From an uncultured Burkholderiales bacterium (GTDB lineage: Bacteria > Pseudomonadota > Gammaproteobacteria > Burkholderiales > Burkholderiaceae_C), in the NCBI GenBank assembly GCA_903831655.1, contig CAIKYO010000183.1, positions 19 to 64,018 of the forward strand: a stretch of 64,000 nucleotides of DNA, read 5' to 3'. The notes below the pieces were generated by a model, which made no database searches, was not told the DNA's origin, and was given only the letters and a program-made list of their open reading frames with translations. Shown piece by piece: positions 10,247 through 20,056 of this stretch (positions within the stretch are counted from its first letter, which is position 1; every line of letters begins with the position of its first letter). The position numbers and the translations under genes were made by a program.

Positions 10247-10606
10247 CTAAATTGAGTGCGGCTCGGTGTGCGGGGTTTCTTCAGGCGTGCTTTCCTGAGC
10301 CAAAACATCCAAGTCAGTGTGAACTTTGGGTATTCTTTTTTGAGGCTTAACCAAAAGCTCGATGAAGAAAGCCGGGTGCTCAAGGGCTTTTAATTCGTTG
10401 ATCTTGTGATTGATCTCTTTGGGGTGAATCATTTCGGCCAAAGACTGCTCGGAGCCGATTCTGCAATCAAAATCCCAATAATCAAAGCCGTTGGGCAAAG
10501 GGCGTCGGGTCTCACGGCGCATGTATTTTTTGATTTCATGCTTGTGGTGATCCAAGAGACGATCGGGGTGTTTGCCCTCAATGTGGAATGGGAATATTTT
10601 TTTCAT
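10247..10606 (-). CDS. Conserved hypothetical protein (DUF6172-like)
   Basis: MKKIF...EGKHPDRLL..KHEIKKYMRRE.RR.LP.G.DYWDFDCR matches my recollection of this family; start moved to MKKIF. Confidence 0.65.
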   Translation of the reverse strand: MKKIFPFHIEGKHPDRLLDHHKHEIKKYMRRETRRPLPNGFDYWDFDCRIGSEQSLAEMIHPKEINHKINELKALEHPAFFIELLVKPQKRIPKVHTDLDVLAQESTPEETPHTEPHSI

Positions 10607-10690
10607 GCGCCATGTTAACGGCAATTGTGTTCAAAGCGCATAAAATCTCCTCAAAATTGTGTGTCAAAACCCCAAAAAAAATATTCTGAT

Positions 10691-11419
10691 ATGTCAAACA
10701 AACTTCCCTTGGTGATGATTCCTGGATTGATGTGCGATGACACCGTTTGGCGTCCGCTCTTGGACGACTTGAATCCATATTGCAAGCCTTTGATGGTCAA
10801 CCACCCTCATGTGTCGAGTTTGCCCAGCATGGCAGAGCACATCTTGAAGACGGCTCCTGATCAATTTGCCATGGCGGGTCACTCCATGGGGGGACGGGTG
10901 GCGTTGGAGATATTGCGTCAATCACCCCAACGGGTCTTGGGCGTTTCTCTGATGGACACAGGGTTTTTGCCTCTACCAGCGGGTGAGGCCGGAGCCAACG
11001 AAGTGGACAAGCGACATGCTTTGGTGGCGCTGGCTGAAAAGAGTGGCGTGCGCGCCATGGGACAAGCTTGGGTGCAAGGAATGGTCGCGCCTTCAAGGCT
11101 TCAGGATGCTGCTTTGATTGATTCGATTTTGGACATGTTTGAGACCAAAACAGCGGCGTTCTTTGCCGACCAAATCAAGGCTCTGATTGCTCGACCTGAT
11201 GGTTCAGACGTTTTGCGCAAGATAAACTGCCCTGTTCAATTGCTTTGTGGCGAGTTGGATTCTTGGTCCAATGTTGCTCAACACGAGGCGATGAGCGCAT
11301 TGTTGCCCTCTAGACCCCCAGTGGATGTGATCCCAGGTGCAGGGCACATGTGCACCATGGAGGATCCTGCAAGCGTTGCCAAAGCCATGGCCAAGTGGTT
11401 GCAATCGATTCCCGTCTAA
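10691..11419 (+). CDS. Alpha/beta fold hydrolase
   Basis: LVMIPGLMCD, GHSMGG nucleophile, GELD acid, GAGH His; start moved to MSNKL. Confidence 0.88.
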   Translation: MSNKLPLVMIPGLMCDDTVWRPLLDDLNPYCKPLMVNHPHVSSLPSMAEHILKTAPDQFAMAGHSMGGRVALEILRQSPQRVLGVSLMDTGFLPLPAGEAGANEVDKRHALVALAEKSGVRAMGQAWVQGMVAPSRLQDAALIDSILDMFETKTAAFFADQIKALIARPDGSDVLRKINCPVQLLCGELDSWSNVAQHEAMSALLPSRPPVDVIPGAGHMCTMEDPASVAKAMAKWLQSIPV

Positions 11420-11474
11420 TCCAAAAGTGTTTTTTCCTCAGATCTGCCCATCAGACAATTTGTGGAGTGAGTCT

Positions 11475-12716
11475 TTAAACGCTTTGTGGTTTGGGAAGGG
11501 GTGAGGCCTCTTCAATGGGCAAATTGATGAGCGCTGCAAAGACAGCCAAGACCATGTCTGCGTACCACATCCATTGGTAGTCCCCAAAATAAGTGTAGGC
11601 CAGGCCGCCTAAATAAGCACCTAAGAATCCACCGATTTGATGTGAGAGCAAGGTCAAGCCGAATAGGGTACCCAAAAAGCGCACACCAAAGAGCTTGGCC
11701 ACGATGGAGGCCGTTGGGGGCACTGTGGCAAGCCATGTCACACCCAGACCTGCTGCAAAAAGGTAGAAGGTGATCGCAGTCTTGGGAGCCAAAAGATAAA
11801 TGGCAATCAACACTGCGCGCGAGCCGTACATCAAAGCCAAAATGTACTTGCTCTTGAAGTTGTTCACACACCCACCGGCCACGATGGAGCCCACGATATT
11901 GGCCAAGCCAATGATCGCCAATGACCAACTGGCTACTGTGGTGGAGAGGCCGCAAAGATTGACCTCATTGGGCAAGTGGGTGACCAAAAAAGCAATGTGA
12001 AAGCCGCATGTGAAAAAGCCCAAATGGAGCAGTTGATAACTTTTGTTTTTGAGTGCATCTTTGATGGCCGAACCAACGCTTTGCTCTTGTGCAGGAGGGG
12101 TGCTAGAGGAGGGAGTCGAGAGGGCTGCGACAGCAGACGAAGTGCCTTGGGTCAGTTTGGAAATCATGGGGAGGGCCAAGAGGCTGATCACGGCCATGGA
12201 ACCCATGGACCCCATCCAACCCAAAATTTCAATCAATTTTTGATTCAAAGGCGCAAAAATGAATTGCCCCAGAGATCCGCCTGCATTGATAAAACCAGAA
12301 GCACTTCCTCGGTCGCTGGCGGGTATTTTTTGTGCGGTCGCGCCAATGAGAACTGAAAAAGAGGCGGCTCCTGAACCCATGGCCGAGAGCAAACCCAGGC
12401 TCAAAATCAAGGCCCATTCAGAATCCACAAAAGGCGTGACAGCGCATCCCAGGGACAGCATCAGAATGGCACCCATCAGCACCACTCGAGGCCCCTTTTT
12501 ATCGGCCAATGCGCCGGCCAAAGGTTGAACCAACCCCCAAGCAAATTGTCCAATCGCCAAAGCCAGGCTGATTTTAGCGATGCCCAACCCAGTGGCTGTG
12601 TTCAAAGGGCCCACATAAAGACCCATGGATTGGCGCACACCCATGGTGATACAAAGAACGCCTGCTGCCATGAGGGTGGTGATCAGGGTGAGTGGGTTGC
12701 GAAAGATTTTGAACAT
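11475..12716 (-). CDS. MFS transporter
   Basis: About 12 TM helices; GALADKKGPR loop motif. Confidence 0.88.
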   Translation of the reverse strand: MFKIFRNPLTLITTLMAAGVLCITMGVRQSMGLYVGPLNTATGLGIAKISLALAIGQFAWGLVQPLAGALADKKGPRVVLMGAILMLSLGCAVTPFVDSEWALILSLGLLSAMGSGAASFSVLIGATAQKIPASDRGSASGFINAGGSLGQFIFAPLNQKLIEILGWMGSMGSMAVISLLALPMISKLTQGTSSAVAALSTPSSSTPPAQEQSVGSAIKDALKNKSYQLLHLGFFTCGFHIAFLVTHLPNEVNLCGLSTTVASWSLAIIGLANIVGSIVAGGCVNNFKSKYILALMYGSRAVLIAIYLLAPKTAITFYLFAAGLGVTWLATVPPTASIVAKLFGVRFLGTLFGLTLLSHQIGGFLGAYLGGLAYTYFGDYQWMWYADMVLAVFAALINLPIEEASPLPKPQSV

Positions 12717-12798
12717 CGAAGTTTGGGGTCAAGGGTTGCGGGTGTATGGGGCAGGTTGGACGAAACTTGGGATCAGCGTGGTTGCAAAGCGCTTGAGT

Positions 12799-13572
12799 TC
12801 AACCTCGGCCCACAAAGGGCATGTTGGAGGCCATGATGGTGGTAAAGAGCACGTTGGCTGAGAGAGGAAGAGAGGCCATGTTCATCAAAGTTTGGGTGAC
12901 ATTGGACATGTCCATGCGAGCTTCTTGTTTGATAGAGCCATCGGCTTGTTTGATGCCATTGGCCATGGCTGTGGTCATGTCACTTGCCACGTTCCCAATG
13001 TCGATTTGTCCGACAGCTATATTGAAGGCTCGACCATCAAGCGCTGCAGCTTTGGTGAGTCCCGTCATCGCATGTTTGGTGGTGGTGTAAGCAATGGAGC
13101 CAGGTCTGGGGGCGTGGGCTGAGATGGAGCCATTGTTGATGATGCGTCCACCCATGGGGGATTGGTGTTGCATGAGTTTGAAGGCTTGGGATAAACAGTA
13201 AAAGGAGCCATTGATGTTGATGTTCACGGCTTGTCTCCAGTCCTCACCCAAGACCTCACTTGGGAGCTGGCCCGAGGGAAATACACCTGCGTTGTTAAAG
13301 AGCAAGTCCAAGCGACCAAATTGCTTTTGTACCATGTCGAAGGCTTGAATGACTTGTGCTTCATCGCTGACATCGGCGCTCAAGATGAGCGTTTGCTCCG
13401 CTGCAATAGAGTGGGATTTGATCAAAGCGTGAATGGGCTCAACCCTTCTGGCCAAGAGCGCCACGTTCCAGCCCTCCTTCAAGAGCGCCACAGCAAACGC
13501 GGCCCCAATGCCAGAACTGGCTCCCGTTACCAACGCAAATTTATTCTCCATTTTTGGCTCCACCTTGATCAC
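12799..13572 (-). CDS. Short-chain dehydrogenase/reductase
   Basis: TGASSGIG, NNAG, YTTTK (YxxxK). Confidence 0.92.
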   Translation of the reverse strand: MIKVEPKMENKFALVTGASSGIGAAFAVALLKEGWNVALLARRVEPIHALIKSHSIAAEQTLILSADVSDEAQVIQAFDMVQKQFGRLDLLFNNAGVFPSGQLPSEVLGEDWRQAVNININGSFYCLSQAFKLMQHQSPMGGRIINNGSISAHAPRPGSIAYTTTKHAMTGLTKAAALDGRAFNIAVGQIDIGNVASDMTTAMANGIKQADGSIKQEARMDMSNVTQTLMNMASLPLSANVLFTTIMASNMPFVGRG

Positions 13573-13723
13573 TTTAATCGTTCAAAAGAGGTGATTATCC
13601 CTTTTAAAATGGTTCTTCGCTGTTGAGCCCCAGGCTCTGAGCAAGATGGTGCTCCGGGTGTCTGGTTCAATCATAGATGTATTTCAACTGTTAGCCACAA
13701 AGCTTATAAGGAGTCGATGGGTC

Positions 13724-14107
13724 ATGACCACATTGTTCAAAACGGTGCTCTTCACCAGTGAGAGCGGACAAGCTCAATTCAAGCGTGAGGACATTGCACT
13801 CCCACTCGGTAAACCGCAGGCGATGCTGTCTGAACTCCAAAGCAGCTCAGGCTATCAGTTGCGCTGGAGCCCAGTGGGTTTCACCAGTGAGTTTCACTGC
13901 ACCGAGCATCCCCAGTGGGTATTCATCTTGCAAGGTCAAATGGAGATTGGTCTGCACGGAGGTGTTTCAAAGGTGTTTGGGCCAGGCGAACATTTCTATT
14001 CAAATGACACATTGCCTTTGGGTGAGCGTTTTGATGCCACGGTGCATGGTCATTGGAGCCGACAAGTGGGACCAGATCCTTTGGTGACCTTGTTTGTCAG
14101 GGACTGA
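13724..14107 (+). CDS. Cupin domain protein
   Basis: FHCTEHPQWVFILQGQMEIG and GHWSR cupin motifs; start moved to MTTLF. Confidence 0.7.
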   Translation: MTTLFKTVLFTSESGQAQFKREDIALPLGKPQAMLSELQSSSGYQLRWSPVGFTSEFHCTEHPQWVFILQGQMEIGLHGGVSKVFGPGEHFYSNDTLPLGERFDATVHGHWSRQVGPDPLVTLFVRD

Positions 14108-14114
14108 AATGAAC

Positions 14115-14138
14115 AAAGCCCGCACTTAGGCGGGCTTT
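14115..14138. terminator. Bidirectional intrinsic terminator
   Basis: Perfect 9-bp stem aaagcccgc/gcgggcttt with a 6-nt loop, between convergent genes. Confidence 0.75.
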
Positions 14139-14209
14139 GAATGGGTTATGCAATCGATGTAGGCCGGATGGCCCCAAACAGCTTTGCGAAACCCCAGGGG
14201 TTCATGGCT

Positions 14210-14743
14210 TTACTTATTGATGACGGCAGCGCCTGTTTTGGCAATCAACTCATCCTGAGACCCTGTGCCACCCGAGCAACCAATGGCACCAACCAGCATA
14301 CCGCCCTCGACCAAGGGGATGCCTCCTCGGGACGCGATCACATCATCCAAAGTGGCCACATAAGGGTTGGTTTGAATGGCAATTTCAAAAGCCTTGGTCT
14401 CGCGTCTGTATTTGGCCGCCGTTCTGGCTTTGTGCATTGAAATATCGATGGAGGCCAGTTGAGCGCCGTCCATCCGCTTAAAGCTGATCAACTGTCCAGA
14501 GGCATCCACCACGGTGCAATTCATGGGCCAACCTCTTTTGCCAGCCTCTTGTGTGGCAACCGATAGGATTTGGTCAGCACGCTCCAAGTGCAAACTGATG
14601 GCATATGGAATATTAAAGGGCATCTTGTCTGGGATCACATCTTGCGGATTGGTCGGAGGAGTTTGTGCATGTAGTGCACCCATCCCAAGCAGCAGGCAAG
14701 CAGTGGTGAGAAGGGATTTCATTTTTAGTTGTGTTTTCATCAT
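14210..14743 (-). CDS. GlcG/HbpS family heme-binding protein, exported
   Basis: VVDASG.L..F.RMDGA....IDIS..KARTA and GGIPL..GG.LVGAIGCSGG; signal peptide. Confidence 0.85.
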   Translation of the reverse strand: MMKTQLKMKSLLTTACLLLGMGALHAQTPPTNPQDVIPDKMPFNIPYAISLHLERADQILSVATQEAGKRGWPMNCTVVDASGQLISFKRMDGAQLASIDISMHKARTAAKYRRETKAFEIAIQTNPYVATLDDVIASRGGIPLVEGGMLVGAIGCSGGTGSQDELIAKTGAAVINK

Positions 14744-14933
14744 GTCTCCAAGAGCGTGAATTGAGGTTTTATGCTTGAGCCCACAATATCTCTTGAAACA
14801 CTTCTTAAAGGACTCAGGACAAACCCTTTATCTGATCCATCCTAGGGTTAACCTTTTGGAGTTGAGTCTCATCCTTGCTTGTCCTATCTTTAAAATTGCT
14901 GCATCGTTTCATCGTTTCTTTTTAAGGTTGATC

Positions 14934-15404
14934 ATGAAAATTCGCAGAGTCGTTACAGGACACAACGAGAGTGGGCAAGCGGTGGTGAGCATTGATGAGA
15001 TGTACTCCAACATCATCTCCAGAAGGCCCGCCCACAAGAGTTGTGTGATTTGGTCTACGGGTGAGTCGCCAGCTGATAACAGCACTCAAGAGGACGGCGG
15101 ATACCGGGATGTACAAACGGTCGATCCCGCGGGCAGTGTATTTAGGGTGGTCGAGTACAGTCCCGGAGTTGCTCCTCGCAATCATCGCACCGAGTCCATT
15201 GACTATGCGGTTGTGATGTCGGGCGCGATAGACATGGTGCTCGATCATGAGACGGTGCACCTGAAGGCTGGGGACGTTTTGGTGCAAAGGGGCACCATTC
15301 ACAACTGGGTCAATCCCTATCAGGAGCCTTGTGTCATTGCGTTTGTACTTTTGGGTGCCAAGCCTTTGGAGTTGGGCTCCAAGGTCTTGCATGCATTGGG
15401 ATGA
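14934..15404 (+). CDS. Cupin domain protein
   Basis: RRVVTGHN..G.AVV, HRTESIDY, LVQRGTIHNW; start moved to MKIRR. Confidence 0.85.
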   Translation: MKIRRVVTGHNESGQAVVSIDEMYSNIISRRPAHKSCVIWSTGESPADNSTQEDGGYRDVQTVDPAGSVFRVVEYSPGVAPRNHRTESIDYAVVMSGAIDMVLDHETVHLKAGDVLVQRGTIHNWVNPYQEPCVIAFVLLGAKPLELGSKVLHALG

Positions 15405-16396
15405 AGAGCGTTCATCTAAAAGGATTGGCAGTTGTGCTCACCTGGGGCTTGAGCCTCGGTGCAAGTCTGTCAGCCCAAAGTGCGTTGGCTCAAGCACCGA
15501 GCTACCCCAGCAAGGCCGTCAAAATCGTGGTGCCTTCTGCGCCTGGAGGCGGCACCGACATCGTGGCTCGCTTGTTGGCCAACTTCTTGGCCCAGGAGTT
15601 CTCTCAACCCTTCTTGGTGGAGAACAAAGCGGGTGCGGGGAACATGATTGGTATCAATTATGTGGCTCACGCCCCCCCAGACGGATACACCTTGCTCTTT
15701 GCGCCCAGCACCCTCGTATTAAACCGTGTGCTCTACAAAAACATTCCTTTCGATCCCATCAAAGACTTCGCTCCGATTTCAGTGGCGGCCACGGTACCCA
15801 ATGTCTTACTGGTCTCGCCCCAACTCCCCGCACAAAATTTATCCGAATTTTTGGCGCTTGCTAAAAATCCCAAAGCACCATTGAGCTATGCCAGTGCAGG
15901 TGTAGGAACCTCTCCACACATGTCCATGGAGCTCTTAAAGAGCATGGCAGGCTTGTCCATGGAGCACATCCCCTACAAGGGCACATCTGCTGCGATGACG
16001 GATGTGATGGGTGGGCAGGTGGCTGCCATTTTTGCCAATGCGCTAGAGGCGATGCCTCTCATTGCTTCAAAACGCGTGCGTGCTTTGGCTGTGAGCTCTG
16101 ATGCCCGTTTGGAGACTTTGCTTGATGTGCCCAGTGTGTCTGAGGCAGGTGTAGCGGGTTATTCGTCGATGCAGTGGTACGGCATGTTGGCCCCGGCAGG
16201 CACTCCTCAGTCGGTCATTGATGTCATCAACGGGGGAATGGTGAAAGCCCTGAGGTCAGCTCCCATTAAAGAAAAGCTATTGGCCGATGGGGCACAAGCG
16301 GTGGGCAACTCCTCACAAGCTTTCTCACTATTGATCAAGAGTGAGCTGGAGAAATGGACTCGAGTTGCCAAGAGTGCCGCCATCGAGCCTCAATGA
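15401..16396 (+). CDS. Bug/TctC substrate-binding protein
   Basis: YPSKAVKIVVPSAPGGGTD, ENKAGAG, PDGYTLL, HIPYKG; start at 15401 overlaps the cupin stop. Confidence 0.92.
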   Translation: MKSVHLKGLAVVLTWGLSLGASLSAQSALAQAPSYPSKAVKIVVPSAPGGGTDIVARLLANFLAQEFSQPFLVENKAGAGNMIGINYVAHAPPDGYTLLFAPSTLVLNRVLYKNIPFDPIKDFAPISVAATVPNVLLVSPQLPAQNLSEFLALAKNPKAPLSYASAGVGTSPHMSMELLKSMAGLSMEHIPYKGTSAAMTDVMGGQVAAIFANALEAMPLIASKRVRALAVSSDARLETLLDVPSVSEAGVAGYSSMQWYGMLAPAGTPQSVIDVINGGMVKALRSAPIKEKLLADGAQAVGNSSQAFSLLIKSELEKWTRVAKSAAIEPQ

Positions 16397-16424
16397 AAGG
16401 TCTTGAGGCTGTGGGTTTCGCAGA

Positions 16425-17411
16425 CTACATTTTTTTGAAATGAATGTCGTTCAACAGTTTGCCCCATTTGACAAAATCTTGATTCAGTGTGTCTGCAAAA
16501 TACTGAGGAGACTCGACGTGGATGTCGAGGCCTAGCTTTTTCATTCGATCGGTGACCTCGGCCGTTGCCAGCACAGCATTGAACTCTTTATTGAGCAGGT
16601 TCACAATTTCGGGTGGAGTGCCCGCCGGTGCGATCATGCCAAACCATCCCCCAGAGGTGAAGCCGGGGAGGGTCTCAGAGAGTGTGGGTACATTGGGATA
16701 CTCGGGTAGCCGGGCCTCACGGGCGATGGCCAGCATTTTGAGCTTTCCAGATTCAGCCAAAGGTTGCACGGCCACAAAGGAGGTGAAGGTGGCATCGATT
16801 TGTCCACCAAACATTTCAGTAAAGACGGCAGGCATGCTCTTGTAGGGCACGTGCAGATACTTGAATTTCGCTTGGATGGCGAGTTGTTCTGTGGCCATGT
16901 GAATGAAAGCACCCTCACCATTGGTGCCAAAGGTGACTTGGCCTGGATTTTTTCGCGCAAAGGCAAACAACTCCTCCGTTGTCTTAAAAGGTGCATTGGG
17001 GCTGACAACCAAGGCCAAGAAATTCGAACCCATGAGGGAGATGGGGGTGAAATCCTTGCGTGCGTCGTAGCTTACCTTTTGGTAGGTCAACGGCACAATG
17101 ACCATGTTGCCACCTTGACCACAGCCCAAGGTGTAGCCATCGGGTTGTGCTTGTTTGATCAAGTTCAGTCCCAATTGACCAGAGGAGCCTGGGTGATTGT
17201 CAATCACAATCGATTGCCCCAGTCGCTCAGAGACCTTGGGGCCCAATATCCTGAGCATGGTGTCACAACTGTCACCTGGGCCAGCAGGAATGATCACCTT
17301 GATGGGGCGATTGGGATAGGGTTGTGCGTCAGCGTGAGCCGCTTGATTCAGCGTGGCACCAAGACTCAGGGCCAAGGTTGCACAAAGAGCAATGGATTGG
17401 AGTGTTTTCAT
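16425..17411 (-). CDS. Bug/TctC substrate-binding protein
   Basis: YPNRPIKVIIP, PDGYTLG, HVPYK; start moved to MKTLQ. Confidence 0.9.
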   Translation of the reverse strand: MKTLQSIALCATLALSLGATLNQAAHADAQPYPNRPIKVIIPAGPGDSCDTMLRILGPKVSERLGQSIVIDNHPGSSGQLGLNLIKQAQPDGYTLGCGQGGNMVIVPLTYQKVSYDARKDFTPISLMGSNFLALVVSPNAPFKTTEELFAFARKNPGQVTFGTNGEGAFIHMATEQLAIQAKFKYLHVPYKSMPAVFTEMFGGQIDATFTSFVAVQPLAESGKLKMLAIAREARLPEYPNVPTLSETLPGFTSGGWFGMIAPAGTPPEIVNLLNKEFNAVLATAEVTDRMKKLGLDIHVESPQYFADTLNQDFVKWGKLLNDIHFKKM

Positions 17412-17489
17412 GGATGGGGGGCTGAGTGACTTTTGGATTTGAAAAGGATGAAAAATCAGTGATGCGATTTTAGGCAAAGTGCCCTTGAC

Positions 17490-18338
17490 TCAAGGTTGAG
17501 CAGACTCCACGCTTTGAATGAAGGAGGAGATGCGCTGGGCCAAGGGTTCTTCAAATTGAGCCCATGCAGAAAAAGGCAACACATCGACATCTTGGTCCTC
17601 AATGGGGAGTTGAAAGAGCTCAGAGTGCTCGATGAGCTCTGCTGTGGCCAGCCCCCCCTTTGAGTCGTGTGTTTTGTCGTTGCCGGGAACCACCAAGGTG
17701 GGCACTTTGATGGAGCGCAGGTGCTCAACTTTCATGCCAAGCACTGGTGCCACAGGACCAGATTTGAAAATAGCGAGCCAGTGCTCCATGGTGCTGATGT
17801 AGTCCTTGGGATCCATGGCCATCAGACGCTCTAAGTTGGAGGGATTGGCTTGTATGCGCTCTTTGTACTGCTCGGTCTCGCAAACCGCCTTCATGCCTCC
17901 AGTTTGGCAAGCCTTGATGAATTGTCCGTAGTAGTTGTTGGGCAGTCGACCTGCCGCAAACTCACCCCCAGTGATCCTCATGAGCACCAAGGCTTTGACG
18001 AGCTCAGGGTGACGCAAATAGACCAGCATCGAGAGTCTGGCGCCTGAGGAGGTACCTCCCACATAGGCTTGGTCCACGCCCAAAGCCTTTAAGAGAAGGG
18101 CCAAATCATCGGCCCAAATTTCTTCCTCTCCGTCTTGTCCCTGAATCAAAACATCAGAGGCCCCTGTGTTCCTGCGGTCGTGAAGGAGAACGCGAAAACC
18201 TTTGGCCGCAATTTTTTTAGCAAACTCATTGAATTCAGAAAATCCTCTTCTCCCGCCTGTGACCAAAACCAGCCATGGACCAGAGTCTCCGGTGATGCTG
18301 TAGTTCAAATTGACGTCTCGAATTTTGATGGTTGGCAA
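17490..18338 (-). CDS. Alpha/beta fold hydrolase
   Basis: LLHDRRNTGAS and GGTSSG nucleophile elbow; C-terminal PGNDKTH. Confidence 0.82.
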   Translation of the reverse strand: MPTIKIRDVNLNYSITGDSGPWLVLVTGGRRGFSEFNEFAKKIAAKGFRVLLHDRRNTGASDVLIQGQDGEEEIWADDLALLLKALGVDQAYVGGTSSGARLSMLVYLRHPELVKALVLMRITGGEFAAGRLPNNYYGQFIKACQTGGMKAVCETEQYKERIQANPSNLERLMAMDPKDYISTMEHWLAIFKSGPVAPVLGMKVEHLRSIKVPTLVVPGNDKTHDSKGGLATAELIEHSELFQLPIEDQDVDVLPFSAWAQFEEPLAQRISSFIQSVESAQP

Positions 18339-18753
18339 AGGAAAAGCTCCAAATTAAAAGTAAATTGACTGAAGTCGCTCAGTTGTTAAGCAGCTCGTGT
18401 CTCAAGGGTTGAGTTCCACGCCTTTGGTAGGAGATCAGGATGGTCATTTGAAATGCACACCATCGTCTCTTCAAACTCAAAGAGGAGTTGGGAATGGGCC
18501 TTGTTGATACAGTTTTTGCTGGACACAAACAGCGACTAATGTGGCACAAGCTTGGGTCCAATGGTTAAAGGGTTTTTCCTGATCGGGAGAACCTCAAGTG
18601 CGCAACTCTAGGAGGTGCTTTGCTCATAGAATCTTCACTTTCAAACGAATGTCTTGATCGACACCGTTTTCTCTAGAACTCTTCTCAAACCCCGATTGAC
18701 TACAAAACACTGGGGAGTTGAGAAACTGATTTTTTAATTATCAAAGGTCTGAC

Positions 18754-19896
18754 ATGCGATTAGGTTACTTCACAATGCCCTTGCATCCTTTAGAGCGGGT
18801 GCTGGCAGAGACGCTTCAAGAGGACAGAGAGACAATCATTTACGCCGATCAGTTGGGTTTTTATGATGCCTTTGTTGGAGAGCATTTAACCGATAAAGCA
18901 GAAAATGTGACCAATAGTTTGATCTTTTTGGCCTCCATCATTGGTCAAACCAAAAACATCAAGTTGGGTTCCGGCACTTCAAACTTGTCCCACTCTCACC
19001 CCACCTTGATCGCCTCTCAAGCGGCCATGTTTGATCACCTGACCAAAGGTCGTTTCATCTTTGGAATTAGTCCAGGTGCGTTGTCCTCAGACGCCGAAGC
19101 GTTAGGCATCTTGGACCAAGATCGAAACAAAATGTTTGCTGAGGCGATTGATGTCATCTTGGCCATTTGGGACAGGGAGCCTCCCTACAACATCGATTTT
19201 CCCGATAACCGATACAAGGTGAGTACGCAAAAAACGCAGGTCTTGGACATTGGCAAAGGCATCATGATGAAGCCCTATCAGTCCCCAAGGCCGGAGATTG
19301 TGGGCACCGTTGTGGCGCCACACTCCAAGGGTGTGATTGCCATGGGAAAAAGGGATTTCCATCCCATGTCTGCCAATTTCTTGCTCTCTCACTGGCTTCC
19401 CAGCCATTGGCAAAACTACGCCCAAGGCAAAGCGGAGGTCTCACAAGAGGCCAATCCGAGTGATTGGCGTGTGGCAAGAACCATCTTTGTAGCCGATGAC
19501 TCCAAGACCGCAAAAGCGTATGGTGCAGAGGATGCGCAAAGTCCCTATCGTTTCTATTACCAACAAATGCTCACCAAGATGAAGTTGGGTAATCGCCACG
19601 TGATCTTTAAAAAGCACGAGGGTGAAAGTGATGAACATGTCACAGTTGAGCGCCTTTTGGATGAGTTGGTCATCAAAGGAACGGTGAACGAAGTGGTCGA
19701 TCAACTCTTGGCTTTGCGAGAGCAAGTTGGTGAGATTGGTGAAATCGTCTACGCTGGCATGGACCTTGTCGACCCCAAGTTGGGTCGACGCTCCATGGAG
19801 CTCATGGCCAATGAGGTCATGCCCCGTGTGAATGCTGCCATTGGTTTGGGCTCAACCATCAACGCCAATCCAAAGATGAGTGGTGTGGCCGCCTAA
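18754..19896 (+). CDS. LLM class flavin-dependent oxidoreductase (luciferase-like monooxygenase)
   Basis: ADQLGFYDAFVGEH, IKLGSG, HPTLIA..AAMFDHL..GRFIFG pattern. Confidence 0.88.
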   Translation: MRLGYFTMPLHPLERVLAETLQEDRETIIYADQLGFYDAFVGEHLTDKAENVTNSLIFLASIIGQTKNIKLGSGTSNLSHSHPTLIASQAAMFDHLTKGRFIFGISPGALSSDAEALGILDQDRNKMFAEAIDVILAIWDREPPYNIDFPDNRYKVSTQKTQVLDIGKGIMMKPYQSPRPEIVGTVVAPHSKGVIAMGKRDFHPMSANFLLSHWLPSHWQNYAQGKAEVSQEANPSDWRVARTIFVADDSKTAKAYGAEDAQSPYRFYYQQMLTKMKLGNRHVIFKKHEGESDEHVTVERLLDELVIKGTVNEVVDQLLALREQVGEIGEIVYAGMDLVDPKLGRRSMELMANEVMPRVNAAIGLGSTINANPKMSGVAA

Positions 19897-19915
19897 ACAA
19901 CCGTTCAACCACCCT

Positions 19916-19951
19916 AAAGCCCAAAGACGCTTGCTCTTTGGGCTTTTTTTT
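19916..19951 (+). terminator. Rho-independent terminator after the LLM gene, insulating the virB8 operon
   Basis: 12-bp stem aaagcccaaaga/tctttgggcttt followed by a T run. Confidence 0.85.
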
Positions 19952-20056
19952 GATCGTCAATCGATCGATGTGGGAAGCAGAAAATTCACCTTAAAGAGGG
20001 CTGTTTCCCTTATTTTTTGCACACCATAGCAAGACTCTTTTCTCGCATGATGGGGC

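Noticed and set aside
10171-10383. 70-aa very basic ORF
   Set aside because: Overlaps the DUF6172-like gene in another frame for more than half its length and has no recognisable motif.
16764-17429. 221-aa plus-strand ORF and the many other antisense ORFs in the track
   Set aside because: Shadow frames of well-supported genes on the opposite strand; composition typical of antisense reading.
18543-18557. Sigma-54 promoter upstream of the LLM gene (TGGCACAAGCTTGGG)
   Set aside because: The -24 element matches, but the near-invariant -12 GC is GG.
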